Shown here: positions 1 through 9,019 of the stretch, piece after piece | Layout of the letters: every line of letters starts with the position of its first letter | Position numbering within the stretch: the first letter of the stretch is position 1 | Sequence record: MK962753.1 | From: Shigella phage JK32 | DNA: 64,000 nucleotides | Strand: one strand, 5' to 3' | Notes under the pieces: generated by a model | Database searches by the model: none | What the model was told of the DNA's origin: nothing | Seen by the model: only the letters and a program-made list of their open reading frames with translations | Translations under genes and position numbers: made by a program

Positions 1-162
1 CAGTTCTTCAATCATATCACGGTCGGGAATAATGTCAACCCCGACCTGCTTGAATACTGGTTTAAGTGTATACGGAATACCCAGATCATCCAGTAGCTTC
101 ATTGCACCAATACAACCATAACAATGATAAGCCTCTTTCGGTATACCGTATATCTCGATCAT
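1..162 (-). CDS. Glutaredoxin/thioredoxin-like protein (NrdC/NrdH family); N-terminal 54 codons only, remainder beyond window start
   Basis: Reverse translation MIEIYGIPKEAYHCYGCIGAMKLLDDLGIPYTLKPVF; CxxC (CYGC) motif; ATG at 160-162 overlaps stop of upstream ORF. Confidence 0.6.
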   Translation of the reverse strand, partial: MIEIYGIPKEAYHCYGCIGAMKLLDDLGIPYTLKPVFKQVGVDIIPDRDMIEEL

Positions 163-659
163 TTCTCAGCCTTTAATCTTTCTAGTTCTTCTTCCAGTTC
201 CTTGATCCGTTGGTCACGTTCAAAGTCACGCTGTAACTTAGTGGCGAATACTCGTTTAAACTGATTGTAATCATCGATTTTAAACACTTCTTCTTCGCCA
301 TAGCGACGTACAGAAACTTCGTAGTTGTTGAAGAATTGTTGCATCATTGCTTCGGATGACAGTTCTGCTGATACTACTTTAAAATATTGATCTTCTGTAG
401 GCGAAAACCAATTACAAGCATAAAGATAAACCTTTTCATTGTCTGGACACTGGTAAGCCTTACCATCGATTTCAATCACAGAAACATATTCAGGTATACT
501 AGATGAATCAATAGCTAAGACTTTAAACGCACGGTCCCCGATAAACTCGGAGATCACACGATTCGCATCACTGGTTGCAAATGCTTTACGCGCTTGTTCG
601 TTTTTCCACTTATAGGTCATACCAACAACAAACATATTACCAACCTCGCTCTTTACCAA
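159..659 (-). CDS. Hypothetical protein, member of GKTYxWK paralogue family with coiled-coil tail
   Basis: ORF track; motif MTYKWKNEQARKAF shared with neighbours; C-terminal ELEEELERLKAEK; start may be the internal ATG at 635. Confidence 0.6.
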   Translation of the reverse strand: MVKSEVGNMFVVGMTYKWKNEQARKAFATSDANRVISEFIGDRAFKVLAIDSSSIPEYVSVIEIDGKAYQCPDNEKVYLYACNWFSPTEDQYFKVVSAELSSEAMMQQFFNNYEVSVRRYGEEEVFKIDDYNQFKRVFATKLQRDFERDQRIKELEEELERLKAEK

Positions 660-1470
660 TCAAAAATTCAACTTCACGACGTTTAATGTCTTCTTGAAGG
701 TCTTTAATCTTCTGGCGATCTTGCATGATTTCATCCATCTTGTCAAGTGCCGCAATGAAATCATCGAAACGTTCAAAGGTTTTACCTTCATTTGCTTCGC
801 CAAATTTAACCATTGTCAGGCCGTAACGACTACTAAACAGACGTTTCAACTGTCCAACGACCTTAGAATCATCGTTCACCTTTTCTTCTGGTTCTTTCGC
901 TGTTTCAACTTCACGAAAATATTTTCGTTCAAGCCCAACAAACCACACAGCATCAACATCATCATCAACACCCGCCGAATGAGGATTAAATGTTCCACAA
1001 ACATTATCATTATTGACGTCGATCATAGTAACGAAACCAACAGAATCAACGGAAGATACCGTAAAAGTCTCATCTCCTATCCAATCAGCAATTTTACGGT
1101 TGATATTAGAACAGTGAGAAAACGTCACTTTTGCGTTTACATCCTTCCAAATATAAGTTTTACCAACTTCCCATTTAGGAGGAACTTCTTCAACTTCACG
1201 AAAGAATTTTATATCAAATGGACTAAACAAATATGTTGACGTCCAAATGTCTTTTCCTGTAGCCGTTTTCGCCGTATGATAAACACCGTCTAGCTCTATT
1301 GCATCAATCCAACCATTACCCTCGATCTCGATGATGGTAAATGGCTTGTCACCAATAGCTGCACTGATATCGCTGTTAAGTGGAGAAAGATCACCTGCTA
1401 CGTTAGTAATAAACTCAGTTTTAGCGTTTTCATCTTTCCAAGTGTAAGTTTTACCAATTTCCCATTTCAT
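637..1470 (-). CDS. Hypothetical protein, two tandem copies of the GKTYxWK domain
   Basis: MKWEIGKTYTWKD and PKWEVGKTYIWKD repeats within one ORF. Confidence 0.6.
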   Translation of the reverse strand: MKWEIGKTYTWKDENAKTEFITNVAGDLSPLNSDISAAIGDKPFTIIEIEGNGWIDAIELDGVYHTAKTATGKDIWTSTYLFSPFDIKFFREVEEVPPKWEVGKTYIWKDVNAKVTFSHCSNINRKIADWIGDETFTVSSVDSVGFVTMIDVNNDNVCGTFNPHSAGVDDDVDAVWFVGLERKYFREVETAKEPEEKVNDDSKVVGQLKRLFSSRYGLTMVKFGEANEGKTFERFDDFIAALDKMDEIMQDRQKIKDLQEDIKRREVEFLIGKERGW

Positions 1471-1482
1471 AATATATTCCCC

Positions 1483-1962
1483 TTAACCGATTTTATCAAG
1501 TTCGTTTAATGCTTTCTCTGCTTCCTGTATAGCTTGCACTCTTTCCGGCATTTTGTCAAGAAAATCTTTCAACTCTTCAAAACTGGAGATATGACGCAAG
1601 GCGTTAGCACCGATAGCCGCATGTGATTTGCATTCAAAGCGAATTTTATAATTATCCATCGCCAACTTGAGAAGGTCCATCAGTTTAGATTCTTCTGGAA
1701 TAATAATTTCTTCAAATCTGCTACGGTCATGATCCAGAAACCAACAAGATAGACCTACATCGGTTGAACTCATATAAGTTCCATCATGAAGATAAACAGA
1801 CCGCACGTATCCTTTTTTCGCATCAACCGACGCAACTTTAAACGGTAATCTCAGATATTTCAAATAATCAACATCATACCATTTAAAAAATTGGTTTGCA
1901 TCTTTTACATCTTTCCACGCATAGGTCTTACCAGCTTCCCATTTCATAATATCATCTCTCAT
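1483..1962 (-). CDS. Hypothetical protein, GKTYxWK paralogue family
   Basis: MKWEAGKTYAWKD N-terminus; alpha-helical C-terminal tail. Confidence 0.6.
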   Translation of the reverse strand: MRDDIMKWEAGKTYAWKDVKDANQFFKWYDVDYLKYLRLPFKVASVDAKKGYVRSVYLHDGTYMSSTDVGLSCWFLDHDRSRFEEIIIPEESKLMDLLKLAMDNYKIRFECKSHAAIGANALRHISSFEELKDFLDKMPERVQAIQEAEKALNELDKIG

Positions 1963-2506
1963 TTTTGATACGTGATTCTAATTGGATCATACGGTCGCGC
2001 GTTTGTTTGTATTCTCGGATAGCACCGATCCGGCTAGGCATACCATCCAGTACGCTCTTAATATCTTCTAGGGTAGTAATTTTGGCAATGCTATTATGTA
2101 ACCCCATCTTATCGATCAACTGAATGTCGTAGGCTTCCATAAGCAGACCCAGACGTTCTAATGTTAAATCCGGTTCTTGTTCTTTATCTTCTTCCTTTTC
2201 TTCCGGTTCTGGGATTTCTTTGTCAATAGTAGCTTCGGTAAAGAAACGACGCTCACCAGCCCAAAACCACACACCGGAAAAGCCAATAGGGGATTCTTTT
2301 AACGTCATAGAGTCGTAACCACTGCCGATAATAGTAATTTCTCTAACATCACCATCATCGTCAATGTCTTCTACCCTAAACGGGCGACCAGCCAACAAGT
2401 CCACAATACGTCTGTTAATAGACGACGAAAATTTAGTCAGTTCGGCTTTCGACGCTTCGCATTCAATCTTGTAAGTTTTACCAACTTCCCATTCCATAAT
2501 AATCAC
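1952..2506 (-). CDS. Hypothetical protein, GKTYxWK paralogue family
   Basis: MEWEVGKTYKIE N-terminus; acidic linker EPEEKEEDKEQEPD. Confidence 0.6.
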   Translation of the reverse strand: MIIMEWEVGKTYKIECEASKAELTKFSSSINRRIVDLLAGRPFRVEDIDDDGDVREITIIGSGYDSMTLKESPIGFSGVWFWAGERRFFTEATIDKEIPEPEEKEEDKEQEPDLTLERLGLLMEAYDIQLIDKMGLHNSIAKITTLEDIKSVLDGMPSRIGAIREYKQTRDRMIQLESRIKNER

Positions 2507-2507
2507 C

Positions 2508-3017
2508 TCAAATAATTTTCACTGGAATACTATTAACAATCTTGTATTGTACTTGATTGTCAGACCCCCGCCACGGCTTCTTCGTTGGCATATCTTTAAT
2601 ATAACGCCCATCGATGAACATGTCAACTGATTCTACAATTTTTCTTTGCTCATCATTCAATTGGTCAAGGGTATAACCGGACCATAGCCAAATATCTTTA
2701 TTTGGCATCCATGATTTTACCTCATCGATGATCCGCTGTACACCCTTTAAATTGCGTTTATACAGTGGATCACCACCTAAGAATGTTAGCCCCTGAATAA
2801 AATCAGGTCTAAGCAGATCCAGAATCAATCCCATTGTATCATCGGTGAATGGTTCCCCGTTCTTAGGATTGAGTAGGCTAGCATTAAAGCAACCATCACA
2901 TGCGTGTGAACATCCGGTAACGTAAAGGGAGACTCTCACTCCCTCACCGTTAACCATATCACAATCTTTAATATCGGCATAGCGTAGTTTGCCGTATGTA
3001 TCAGAACTCATATTCAA
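2508..3017 (-). CDS. nrdG: Anaerobic ribonucleotide reductase activating protein (radical SAM)
   Basis: CSHACDGC cluster (CxxxCxxC) near N-terminus; size 169 aa; downstream of nrdD on same strand. Confidence 0.9.
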   Translation of the reverse strand: MNMSSDTYGKLRYADIKDCDMVNGEGVRVSLYVTGCSHACDGCFNASLLNPKNGEPFTDDTMGLILDLLRPDFIQGLTFLGGDPLYKRNLKGVQRIIDEVKSWMPNKDIWLWSGYTLDQLNDEQRKIVESVDMFIDGRYIKDMPTKKPWRGSDNQVQYKIVNSIPVKII

Positions 3018-3153
3018 TTACCCCGAACTCGTTTACAATCTGCGCTTTATAGTAACCACCGCGAGATGCCAATAGATAAGCTGGGCTTAGGTATTCGTAT
3101 TCACGGATTTCTACTTGTGCGTTTTCAGTTTCCCAAATCAGTAAAGTCCACAT
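3001..3153 (-). CDS. Small hypothetical protein (about 50 aa)
   Basis: ATG immediately after conserved leader GGAGAATCAAA; track ORF 3001-3228 is probably over-extended. Confidence 0.4.
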   Translation of the reverse strand: MWTLLIWETENAQVEIREYEYLSPAYLLASRGGYYKAQIVNEFGVIEYEF

Positions 3154-3195
3154 ATTTGATTCTCCTGTAAAGTTGTATCTCGTCTTGATGAATAT

Positions 3196-3224
3196 AGTAT
3201 AGGGGATCTCGCGATCCCCGTCAA
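3196..3224 (-). promoter_or_regulatory. Sigma70-type early promoter (TTGACG-17-TATACT) with stem-loop in spacer
   Basis: Reverse strand reads TTGACG gggatcgcgagatcccc TATACT; followed by conserved leader and ATG at 3153. Confidence 0.55.
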
Positions 3225-3228
3225 GCAT

Positions 3229-3762
3229 TTATTTTAAATTTTTTCGAATGTATTCAGACCATTCTCTGCCAGTAAGTTCGGTCCCATTCTGGAAACTGAA
3301 ATATTCATACGGCATCGAGTCAAGATAAAACAGGATCATACATCGCGCCATATAATACCAATCACGATTAAAGTAAACTACGTTATCGCCAGTACCATCA
3401 ACCCCTTTATCATAACCATCGCGGGTACGGGCGACCCATTGAATAGTATCATTTTTCTCACGGATAGTAACAGGTTCCCAATATCCAGCACAGCCAGCAT
3501 GACCACACGAACAAGTAAGGAAATATTGACCTTTTGCTTTGTTGTCATCCCATTCACGATGAATTGGTTCGATTTCGTGAAACAGTGCCAAGCAATCATG
3601 ATTATGCAACACTGGCTTACCATCAATCAATGCATGGAATGTATGCAAACGACCAGTAGACAAATAGCTATCCTCACGCTCAACCAGTTCAATAGCAATC
3701 TTTTTAGCTCGTTCTTTGTGTCGTTGTGCTTTACGCTTACGGTTTAATGATTTCATACTCAC
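3229..3762 (-). CDS. Hypothetical Cys-rich protein between nrdD and nrdG
   Basis: ORF track; CSCGHAGCAGY cysteine cluster. Confidence 0.6.
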   Translation of the reverse strand: MSMKSLNRKRKAQRHKERAKKIAIELVEREDSYLSTGRLHTFHALIDGKPVLHNHDCLALFHEIEPIHREWDDNKAKGQYFLTCSCGHAGCAGYWEPVTIREKNDTIQWVARTRDGYDKGVDGTGDNVVYFNRDWYYMARCMILFYLDSMPYEYFSFQNGTELTGREWSEYIRKNLK

Positions 3763-3775
3763 CTCACAATTTCAA

Positions 3776-4309
3776 TTAGCAACGATACTGCACATTATCA
3801 AAATGAGAATGTACATTACCGATGGTATAGATCAAAAATCCCTCGTCCGGCGATTGCACCACAAATTGAGTAGGTCCAACTGCAACAACCTTAAACACAC
3901 GATCACTAACTTTGTGTTTAATCTCTGCGCCAACTTCCAAAGGAACAAATTTTACTGTGGAAAGTTCAATACCAAAACCATCATCATGCAAACGAATAGG
4001 TTTATTGTTATCGATCATTTTCACATATTCAAGATCATACAATTCGCGGGTGCTATCAGTGTAAACCAATACTGTATTGTTATGATAACGAATTACATAC
4101 ATGTTATGGTCATCATCAAGTACACATAAATTACGAATCGGTGTACCCTCTCCTTTTTTACTCCAACAGATATTAACCACATTACCTTGAATTGTGAATG
4201 GCTTAGACGTTCCGAAAGTCGCTAAAGTGCTTTCTCTCATCTGGACGGTTACGCGAGTCCCAATAGTCAGCGGCTTAAAATCATACCCATTAGTCAGTAC
4301 ACAAAACAT
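3776..4309 (-). CDS. Hypothetical protein
   Basis: ORF track 177 aa; preceded by own promoter. Confidence 0.6.
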   Translation of the reverse strand: MFCVLTNGYDFKPLTIGTRVTVQMRESTLATFGTSKPFTIQGNVVNICWSKKGEGTPIRNLCVLDDDHNMYVIRYHNNTVLVYTDSTRELYDLEYVKMIDNNKPIRLHDDGFGIELSTVKFVPLEVGAEIKHKVSDRVFKVVAVGPTQFVVQSPDEGFLIYTIGNVHSHFDNVQYRC

Positions 4310-4341
4310 AATGTTATCCTCTCTTTGTTTTCGATGTGAGC

Positions 4342-4369
4342 ATTATACATTAGCTAATCAGGTTGTCAA
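4342..4369 (-). promoter_or_regulatory. Sigma70-type early promoter (TTGACA-16-TATAAT)
   Basis: Reverse strand TTGACA acctgattagctaatg TATAAT upstream of ORF 3776-4309. Confidence 0.6.
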
Positions 4370-4371
4370 CA

Positions 4372-4407
4372 CCTAAAAACGAAAAAGCCGACCCTTTCGG
4401 ATCGGCT
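4372..4407 (-). terminator. Rho-independent terminator after nrdD
   Basis: Reverse strand stem agccgatccgaaagggtcggct followed by T-run. Confidence 0.6.
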
Positions 4408-4412
4408 AAAAA

Positions 4413-6275
4413 TTACATGTGCTTAACGCGGTTTACCATCTCAGAGTGTTTCCCGTGGTTAAATGGACGCAGATCAACAGACCCAAGATATCCACTAACG
4501 CGACGGATAACATTCATCTTTTCCAGATTGTCATTGCCGCAATCAGGACAAACAAAACCAAACTCGGTCGCTCTCATTTCCTTAGTAGATCCGCATACAT
4601 GACATACATCAGAAGGAGTATTAACACCGAAGTAGTGCAATTTATCCATTGCATAATCTACTACGGTTTCAAGCCCTTTCAGGTTGTTTTTCATGTCTGG
4701 GAACTCAACATAAGAGATCATACCACCGGACGCCAGCCAGTGATAATCTTTCTCAAAGTCGATTTTCTCAAACGGTGTGACTTTCCGGTCTACGTCAAGG
4801 TGGAATGAGTTGGTGTACCAGTCTTTATCGGTAGCACCCTTAACAATACCAAATTGCTCTCGGTCCAGTCGATTAAATCGATAGCAAAGGCTTTCGGCTG
4901 GCGTACCGTAAAGACTAAACCCAAGTCCGGTTTCGTCCTTCCATTTTTCAGTATAATGACGCAAGATCTTAAGAATATGTTTACCGTATCGCTGCGCTTC
5001 TTCCGAATCAAACGGATGAACACCAAACAGGACGCTCAATACTTCATGTAAACCAATATATCCAAGCGAGATACTAGCGCGACCATCTTTCAGCACTTCC
5101 AAAATTTCATCGTTTTGATGGATACGGAAAAATGCACCTTCTGTATACAGCACCGGAGCAACATTGGCTTTAGCCCCTTTTAAAGCGTCTACGCGACTCA
5201 TCAGCGCATCAAAGCAAATAGGCATACGATTAGCCAGCTCTTGTTCGAATAGCTCAATTCTGCGCATTACAGACGCTTTACCAGCACGACGCGCGGCAAT
5301 AAGAGCAATACGCGGAAGATTCAGAGTCACAACACCTAAGTTATTACGTCCGTCTAATACTTCTTCGCCTTTCTCATTATGCCACACACCCAGGAAGCTA
5401 CGACAACCCATCGGGCTAACCGGAACACTAGATCCAGTGATACTACGGTTATTCTTCGCAGAGATATAATCAGGGTAAAGACGCTTACTAGAACATTCCA
5501 ATGCAAGTTGCTTAATGTCGTAGTTCGGATCTTCCGGTTTAAGGTTTAATCCTTCTTCTAAGAACATCACCAGCTTAGGAAACACCGGAGTGATACCATC
5601 TTTACCTAAACCTTTAGTTCGAACGTTCAGGATCGCTTTCTGAATCAGTTTTTCTTCCCAGCTAGTACCCATACCAAAGGTTAAAGTCACAAAAGGCGTT
5701 TGACCATTGGTAGAGAACAAAGTGTTGATCTCATATTCCAACGCCTGATATCCGTCTAACGTTTCTTTTTCTGTCTTCTCTTGTGCATAGAGAGTATCAG
5801 CTTTGATTCCGTAGGTTTCGGCATCAGCAAGGTGTTTATGATATGTTTTCTCAACGTATGGCGCTAAAACCTGATCAATGTTTGCTATGGTAGTTCCGCC
5901 ATATTGATGACTTGCCACCTGTGCGATAATTTGAGCGGTTACAGCACATGCAACACCGATTGATTTCGGACTTTCGATTTGTGCACTACCCAATTTAAAA
6001 CCATTCTCTAACATGTCTTTGAGATTAACAAGACAGCAGTTAGTAAACGGCATAGCGGGTGCATAATCCATATCATGATAATGAATATCACCGTCTACAT
6101 GCGCTTTATAGATGTGCTCAGGTAACACGGTTTTAGCAATCTGTTTAGACACAGCGCCAGCAATCAGATCTCGACGTGTCGGGAATGTTCGCGCGTCTTT
6201 GTTCGCGTTCTCTTTGCTTACTTCGTTTTCTTTACCCGTTGCGATCTCTGTAATGTCTTTGATTAGTTTTTCCAT
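4413..6275 (-). CDS. nrdD: Anaerobic ribonucleoside-triphosphate reductase (glycyl radical enzyme), uninterrupted
   Basis: 620 aa; C-terminal Zn-ribbon CPDCG and glycyl radical motif RVSGYLG; close match to recalled T4 NrdD. Confidence 0.95.
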   Translation of the reverse strand: MEKLIKDITEIATGKENEVSKENANKDARTFPTRRDLIAGAVSKQIAKTVLPEHIYKAHVDGDIHYHDMDYAPAMPFTNCCLVNLKDMLENGFKLGSAQIESPKSIGVACAVTAQIIAQVASHQYGGTTIANIDQVLAPYVEKTYHKHLADAETYGIKADTLYAQEKTEKETLDGYQALEYEINTLFSTNGQTPFVTLTFGMGTSWEEKLIQKAILNVRTKGLGKDGITPVFPKLVMFLEEGLNLKPEDPNYDIKQLALECSSKRLYPDYISAKNNRSITGSSVPVSPMGCRSFLGVWHNEKGEEVLDGRNNLGVVTLNLPRIALIAARRAGKASVMRRIELFEQELANRMPICFDALMSRVDALKGAKANVAPVLYTEGAFFRIHQNDEILEVLKDGRASISLGYIGLHEVLSVLFGVHPFDSEEAQRYGKHILKILRHYTEKWKDETGLGFSLYGTPAESLCYRFNRLDREQFGIVKGATDKDWYTNSFHLDVDRKVTPFEKIDFEKDYHWLASGGMISYVEFPDMKNNLKGLETVVDYAMDKLHYFGVNTPSDVCHVCGSTKEMRATEFGFVCPDCGNDNLEKMNVIRRVSGYLGSVDLRPFNHGKHSEMVNRVKHM

Positions 6276-6287
6276 TGTATCACCTAT

Positions 6288-6310
6288 GAAAAAGCGGGAT
6301 TTCTCCCGCT
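6288..6310 (-). terminator. Rho-independent terminator
   Basis: Reverse strand agcgggagaaatcccgct followed by TTTTT. Confidence 0.5.
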
Positions 6311-6319
6311 CGTTGATAG

Positions 6320-6814
6320 TTATTTTACCAGTTCTGCTAATTCTTTTTCCGCCGCTTCCAGTTCAGCTTTCAGTTGTTTAATCTCTTGTCGCTTCTTATT
6401 AGCGGCTTCCTGCTTACTATTTCGGATAACCTGATCTAGATATGAATCCCACTCCTGAATATTTTTGATAATGTAACCGTCAACGTTCAGAACTTTAATA
6501 TTAAGAACTTCTTCCAGCTTACTTAAAGAACGTTGTGTTTCGGGGAAGAAATAGTCATATTCACCTCGGTCAAACCAGTAGCGTATGCCAGCTTTATCTA
6601 AACGACGATGCAATTCATCAAAATCTCTACCATCTTCGACGATGAGTTTGTCTACATCGCCATTACAGTTAACAGAGACTTTGAATCTAATATTATCAAC
6701 CCCACCAAAAACATCAATAAGGATAGTTCCTATCGTGTTATCCGCGCTTCCAGTATCCATAAAAGATTCTAGTTTTTCTTGATTAGTAACGTACCAAACA
6801 TCTTGTTTCCACAT
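6320..6814 (-). CDS. Hypothetical protein with coiled-coil tail, grouped with the GKTYxWK family by architecture
   Basis: ORF track; C-terminal KQLKAELEAAEKELAELVK. Confidence 0.55.
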   Translation of the reverse strand: MWKQDVWYVTNQEKLESFMDTGSADNTIGTILIDVFGGVDNIRFKVSVNCNGDVDKLIVEDGRDFDELHRRLDKAGIRYWFDRGEYDYFFPETQRSLSKLEEVLNIKVLNVDGYIIKNIQEWDSYLDQVIRNSKQEAANKKRQEIKQLKAELEAAEKELAELVK

Positions 6815-6844
6815 AATATAATCCTCTCGTTGTTAAGTGGGAGT

Positions 6845-6872
6845 ATTATAGCATACTCCCTTCGCATGTCAA
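6845..6872 (-). promoter_or_regulatory. Sigma70-type early promoter (TTGACA-16-TATAAT)
   Basis: Reverse strand TTGACA tgcgaagggagtatgc TATAAT; hairpin gggagta/tactccc overlaps -10. Confidence 0.6.
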
Positions 6873-8047
6873 GCACTAACTTTTTTCTTTACTGCTTTCA
6901 CCTTCTGGCGAATTGCTCGAATCTCTTCGATCTCTTTTTCAGTCTCTTTAACAATTTCTTTGCGATTCTGAATATCTGTATCGAGATTATCATCAAGTTT
7001 AGGCAGCATGTCAATCAAGAACTTTTTAAAGTCTTTCAGGTTTCTGATAACAGCACCTTCACCCATTACCGCCACCCCTACACCATCCGGCAGATCGCCA
7101 AACAGTTTAACCAGTTCAGACAGATGATCATGATCTTCTAGTGCTTCTTCCGGTTCAGATGGCAGTTCAACAAAGTTATAACGTTCATCATTGCTGATGA
7201 GGTGATACCAGCAAAGCCCGAATGATTTCGGTGTATATTCTACACCATCAATTTCAACCGAGTCAACACTTCCATAATCATCTACTTTAGTTACCTTAAA
7301 TCCTTGTCCCAGCTTTTGAACAATTTCAACAACATGACTTGATACAGTTTCAGCGGTAAACCAATATGGCAAATTATGCTGATTTGGCTTGTAGCGTTCA
7401 CCTACTTTAAATCTCTGACCAGCCGCTTGCATAGCATGAAATTGTTGTTTCGTGATTTCCGCGAAGTATTCAAATTCGCTACCATCAAACACACAAGCCC
7501 ATTGATCACAAAAACGATCTGCCTTGACGGTTTCACCTTTCGCGGTGATCATGGTAGCTGATCCGTGCAATTCTTCTTCAACTAAAAAGCCATATTCGAC
7601 AAAATCGACAAGTTTCATGGCTTCTTTGTGCTCTGGATCATGCTCTCCCCAGAATCGCTTAAATTCTTGCAAACCTTCCGGGGTAAACGAATAACATTTA
7701 CCTTTTTCAAAGTAAGTCGGCATTGCATCCTCTTTCTTGTTCATCGCTTCGTATGCCTCTTTTGAGATGCGTTTAAAGTATTTGCGCTCATTGTGCATAA
7801 TCATAGTAGACCAATAATAAACGATATCCTCAGCGGAATAAACTACATCTCCAGCTTCAATAGTAATAACATGACCGTGGTCATCTTTTTCTAATACTTT
7901 AAAGCCCTTTTCTACGATTTCAGCAACCCGAATATGACCACGGCGCGAAGCATCGGTCAGAATAATTGAATAGCGAGAAAAGTCTAGAAACTCATCTTTA
8001 CCGCCTTCACGGAATGCATAGTAATGACCTTCAAAGAATTTAGCCAT
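6869..8047 (-). CDS. Hypothetical protein with three tandem repeat domains and a coiled-coil tail
   Basis: Repeats FEGHYYAFREGG, FEKGKCYSFTPEG, FKVGERYKPNQ; KYFKRISKEAYEAM motif shared with 8103-8687. Confidence 0.6.
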   Translation of the reverse strand: MAKFFEGHYYAFREGGKDEFLDFSRYSIILTDASRRGHIRVAEIVEKGFKVLEKDDHGHVITIEAGDVVYSAEDIVYYWSTMIMHNERKYFKRISKEAYEAMNKKEDAMPTYFEKGKCYSFTPEGLQEFKRFWGEHDPEHKEAMKLVDFVEYGFLVEEELHGSATMITAKGETVKADRFCDQWACVFDGSEFEYFAEITKQQFHAMQAAGQRFKVGERYKPNQHNLPYWFTAETVSSHVVEIVQKLGQGFKVTKVDDYGSVDSVEIDGVEYTPKSFGLCWYHLISNDERYNFVELPSEPEEALEDHDHLSELVKLFGDLPDGVGVAVMGEGAVIRNLKDFKKFLIDMLPKLDDNLDTDIQNRKEIVKETEKEIEEIRAIRQKVKAVKKKVSA

Positions 8048-8077
8048 AATATAATCCTCTCGTTGTTAAGTGGGAGT

Positions 8078-8106
8078 ATCTTACTACTCCCGTTTCATCA
8101 TGTCAA
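8078..8106 (-). promoter_or_regulatory. Sigma70-type early promoter (TTGACA-17-TAAGAT)
   Basis: Reverse strand TTGACA tgatgaaacgggagtag TAAGAT; hairpin gggagta/tactccc. Confidence 0.5.
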
Positions 8107-8687
8107 GCGTTAAATGACTTTTGGATCTCTTTCAGTTCAGCTACTTTATCGGCGCTGAATTTAGCGTAGGTATCATGTCGAATAATTTCACTTTCAAGAA
8201 AGGTTTCCAGACGAGATCTATTTTCAATAAGGAACTCTTTCAGGTCTTCCGCGTTCTTGATAAAGATTTTATTGTCGGTAATGTCATCTTCAATCGCAAA
8301 GGAGATAGAGCGAACTTTACCAAACAAGTTAATCAGATCTTCCAGAGATTCTTCTTTCTTAACTGGTTTCATTTCTTCAAACTGCTTTTTAGTGATTCGT
8401 TTAAAGTATTTGCGCTCGCTTGCATCAATCATGATTGACGCGCCCTCATAATCATGAGTTTCTACCAAATACACTTTACCCATAACATTAACCGTCAGAA
8501 CTTTAAAGCCCTTGTGAAGCACACCATACAGGAACTTGTTATGTTGTGGATAGCGTTTAACAAATTCCTCTGCGGACTCAGCATTACGGAAAGTGTAATA
8601 ACGACCTCGTTCAAAAACAGCATCATTTGAAGACTTAGCCGGATACAATTTATACGTTTTCTGTACCATAATATAATCCTCTATCAT
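8103..8687 (-). CDS. Hypothetical protein, repeat family
   Basis: KYFKRITKKQFEEM motif; overlaps upstream ORF by 4 nt. Confidence 0.6.
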   Translation of the reverse strand: MIEDYIMVQKTYKLYPAKSSNDAVFERGRYYTFRNAESAEEFVKRYPQHNKFLYGVLHKGFKVLTVNVMGKVYLVETHDYEGASIMIDASERKYFKRITKKQFEEMKPVKKEESLEDLINLFGKVRSISFAIEDDITDNKIFIKNAEDLKEFLIENRSRLETFLESEIIRHDTYAKFSADKVAELKEIQKSFNA

Positions 8688-8956
8688 TTCACTAATTGAA
8701 CAGCACGAAACAGAATGCGGTCACACGGAAGCAGCATAAATTCCCAACGCGGTTCAAAGTCTTTAGCGGTATATGTTTTCCCATCAACCGAGATTTCACT
8801 TACATAACCAATAGGTGACACTTTAAGAACAGTAAATCCATTCTTGATGACTTCGTAGGTATCTTTCAATCCGTCGTAGTCATCCTCTAGGAAGTCTTTA
8901 CGTGCTTGCTCAGATTTAAAAACATAGGCCACACCGGATTTAAACATCTTACGCAT
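8684..8956 (-). CDS. Hypothetical protein, single repeat-domain member
   Basis: MRKMFKSGVAYVFKSEQARKDF resembles N-terminus of ORF 159-659; start placed after GGAGAATCAA leader. Confidence 0.55.
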   Translation of the reverse strand: MRKMFKSGVAYVFKSEQARKDFLEDDYDGLKDTYEVIKNGFTVLKVSPIGYVSEISVDGKTYTAKDFEPRWEFMLLPCDRILFRAVQLVK

Positions 8957-8987
8957 TGTTGATTCTCCTTCTTGATTAGATGGGAGT

Positions 8988-9016
8988 ATTTTATTACTCC
9001 CATTTCTTATTGTCAA
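8988..9016 (-). promoter_or_regulatory. Sigma70-type early promoter (TTGACA-17-TAAAAT)
   Basis: Reverse strand TTGACA ataagaaatgggagtaa TAAAAT. Confidence 0.5.
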
Positions 9017-9019
9017 CTA

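Noticed and set aside
694-5469. Plus-strand ORFs inside the minus-strand early block (for example 694-1239, 3439-3747, 3716-4129, 4419-4808, 5164-5469)
   Set aside because: They lie antisense to well-supported genes (nrdD, nrdG, paralogue family), have no Shine-Dalgarno or promoter context, and are low-complexity; treated as shadow ORFs.
4413-6275. Group I intron in nrdD as in T4
   Set aside because: The nrdD reading frame is continuous over 620 codons with no interruption; no intron is visible.
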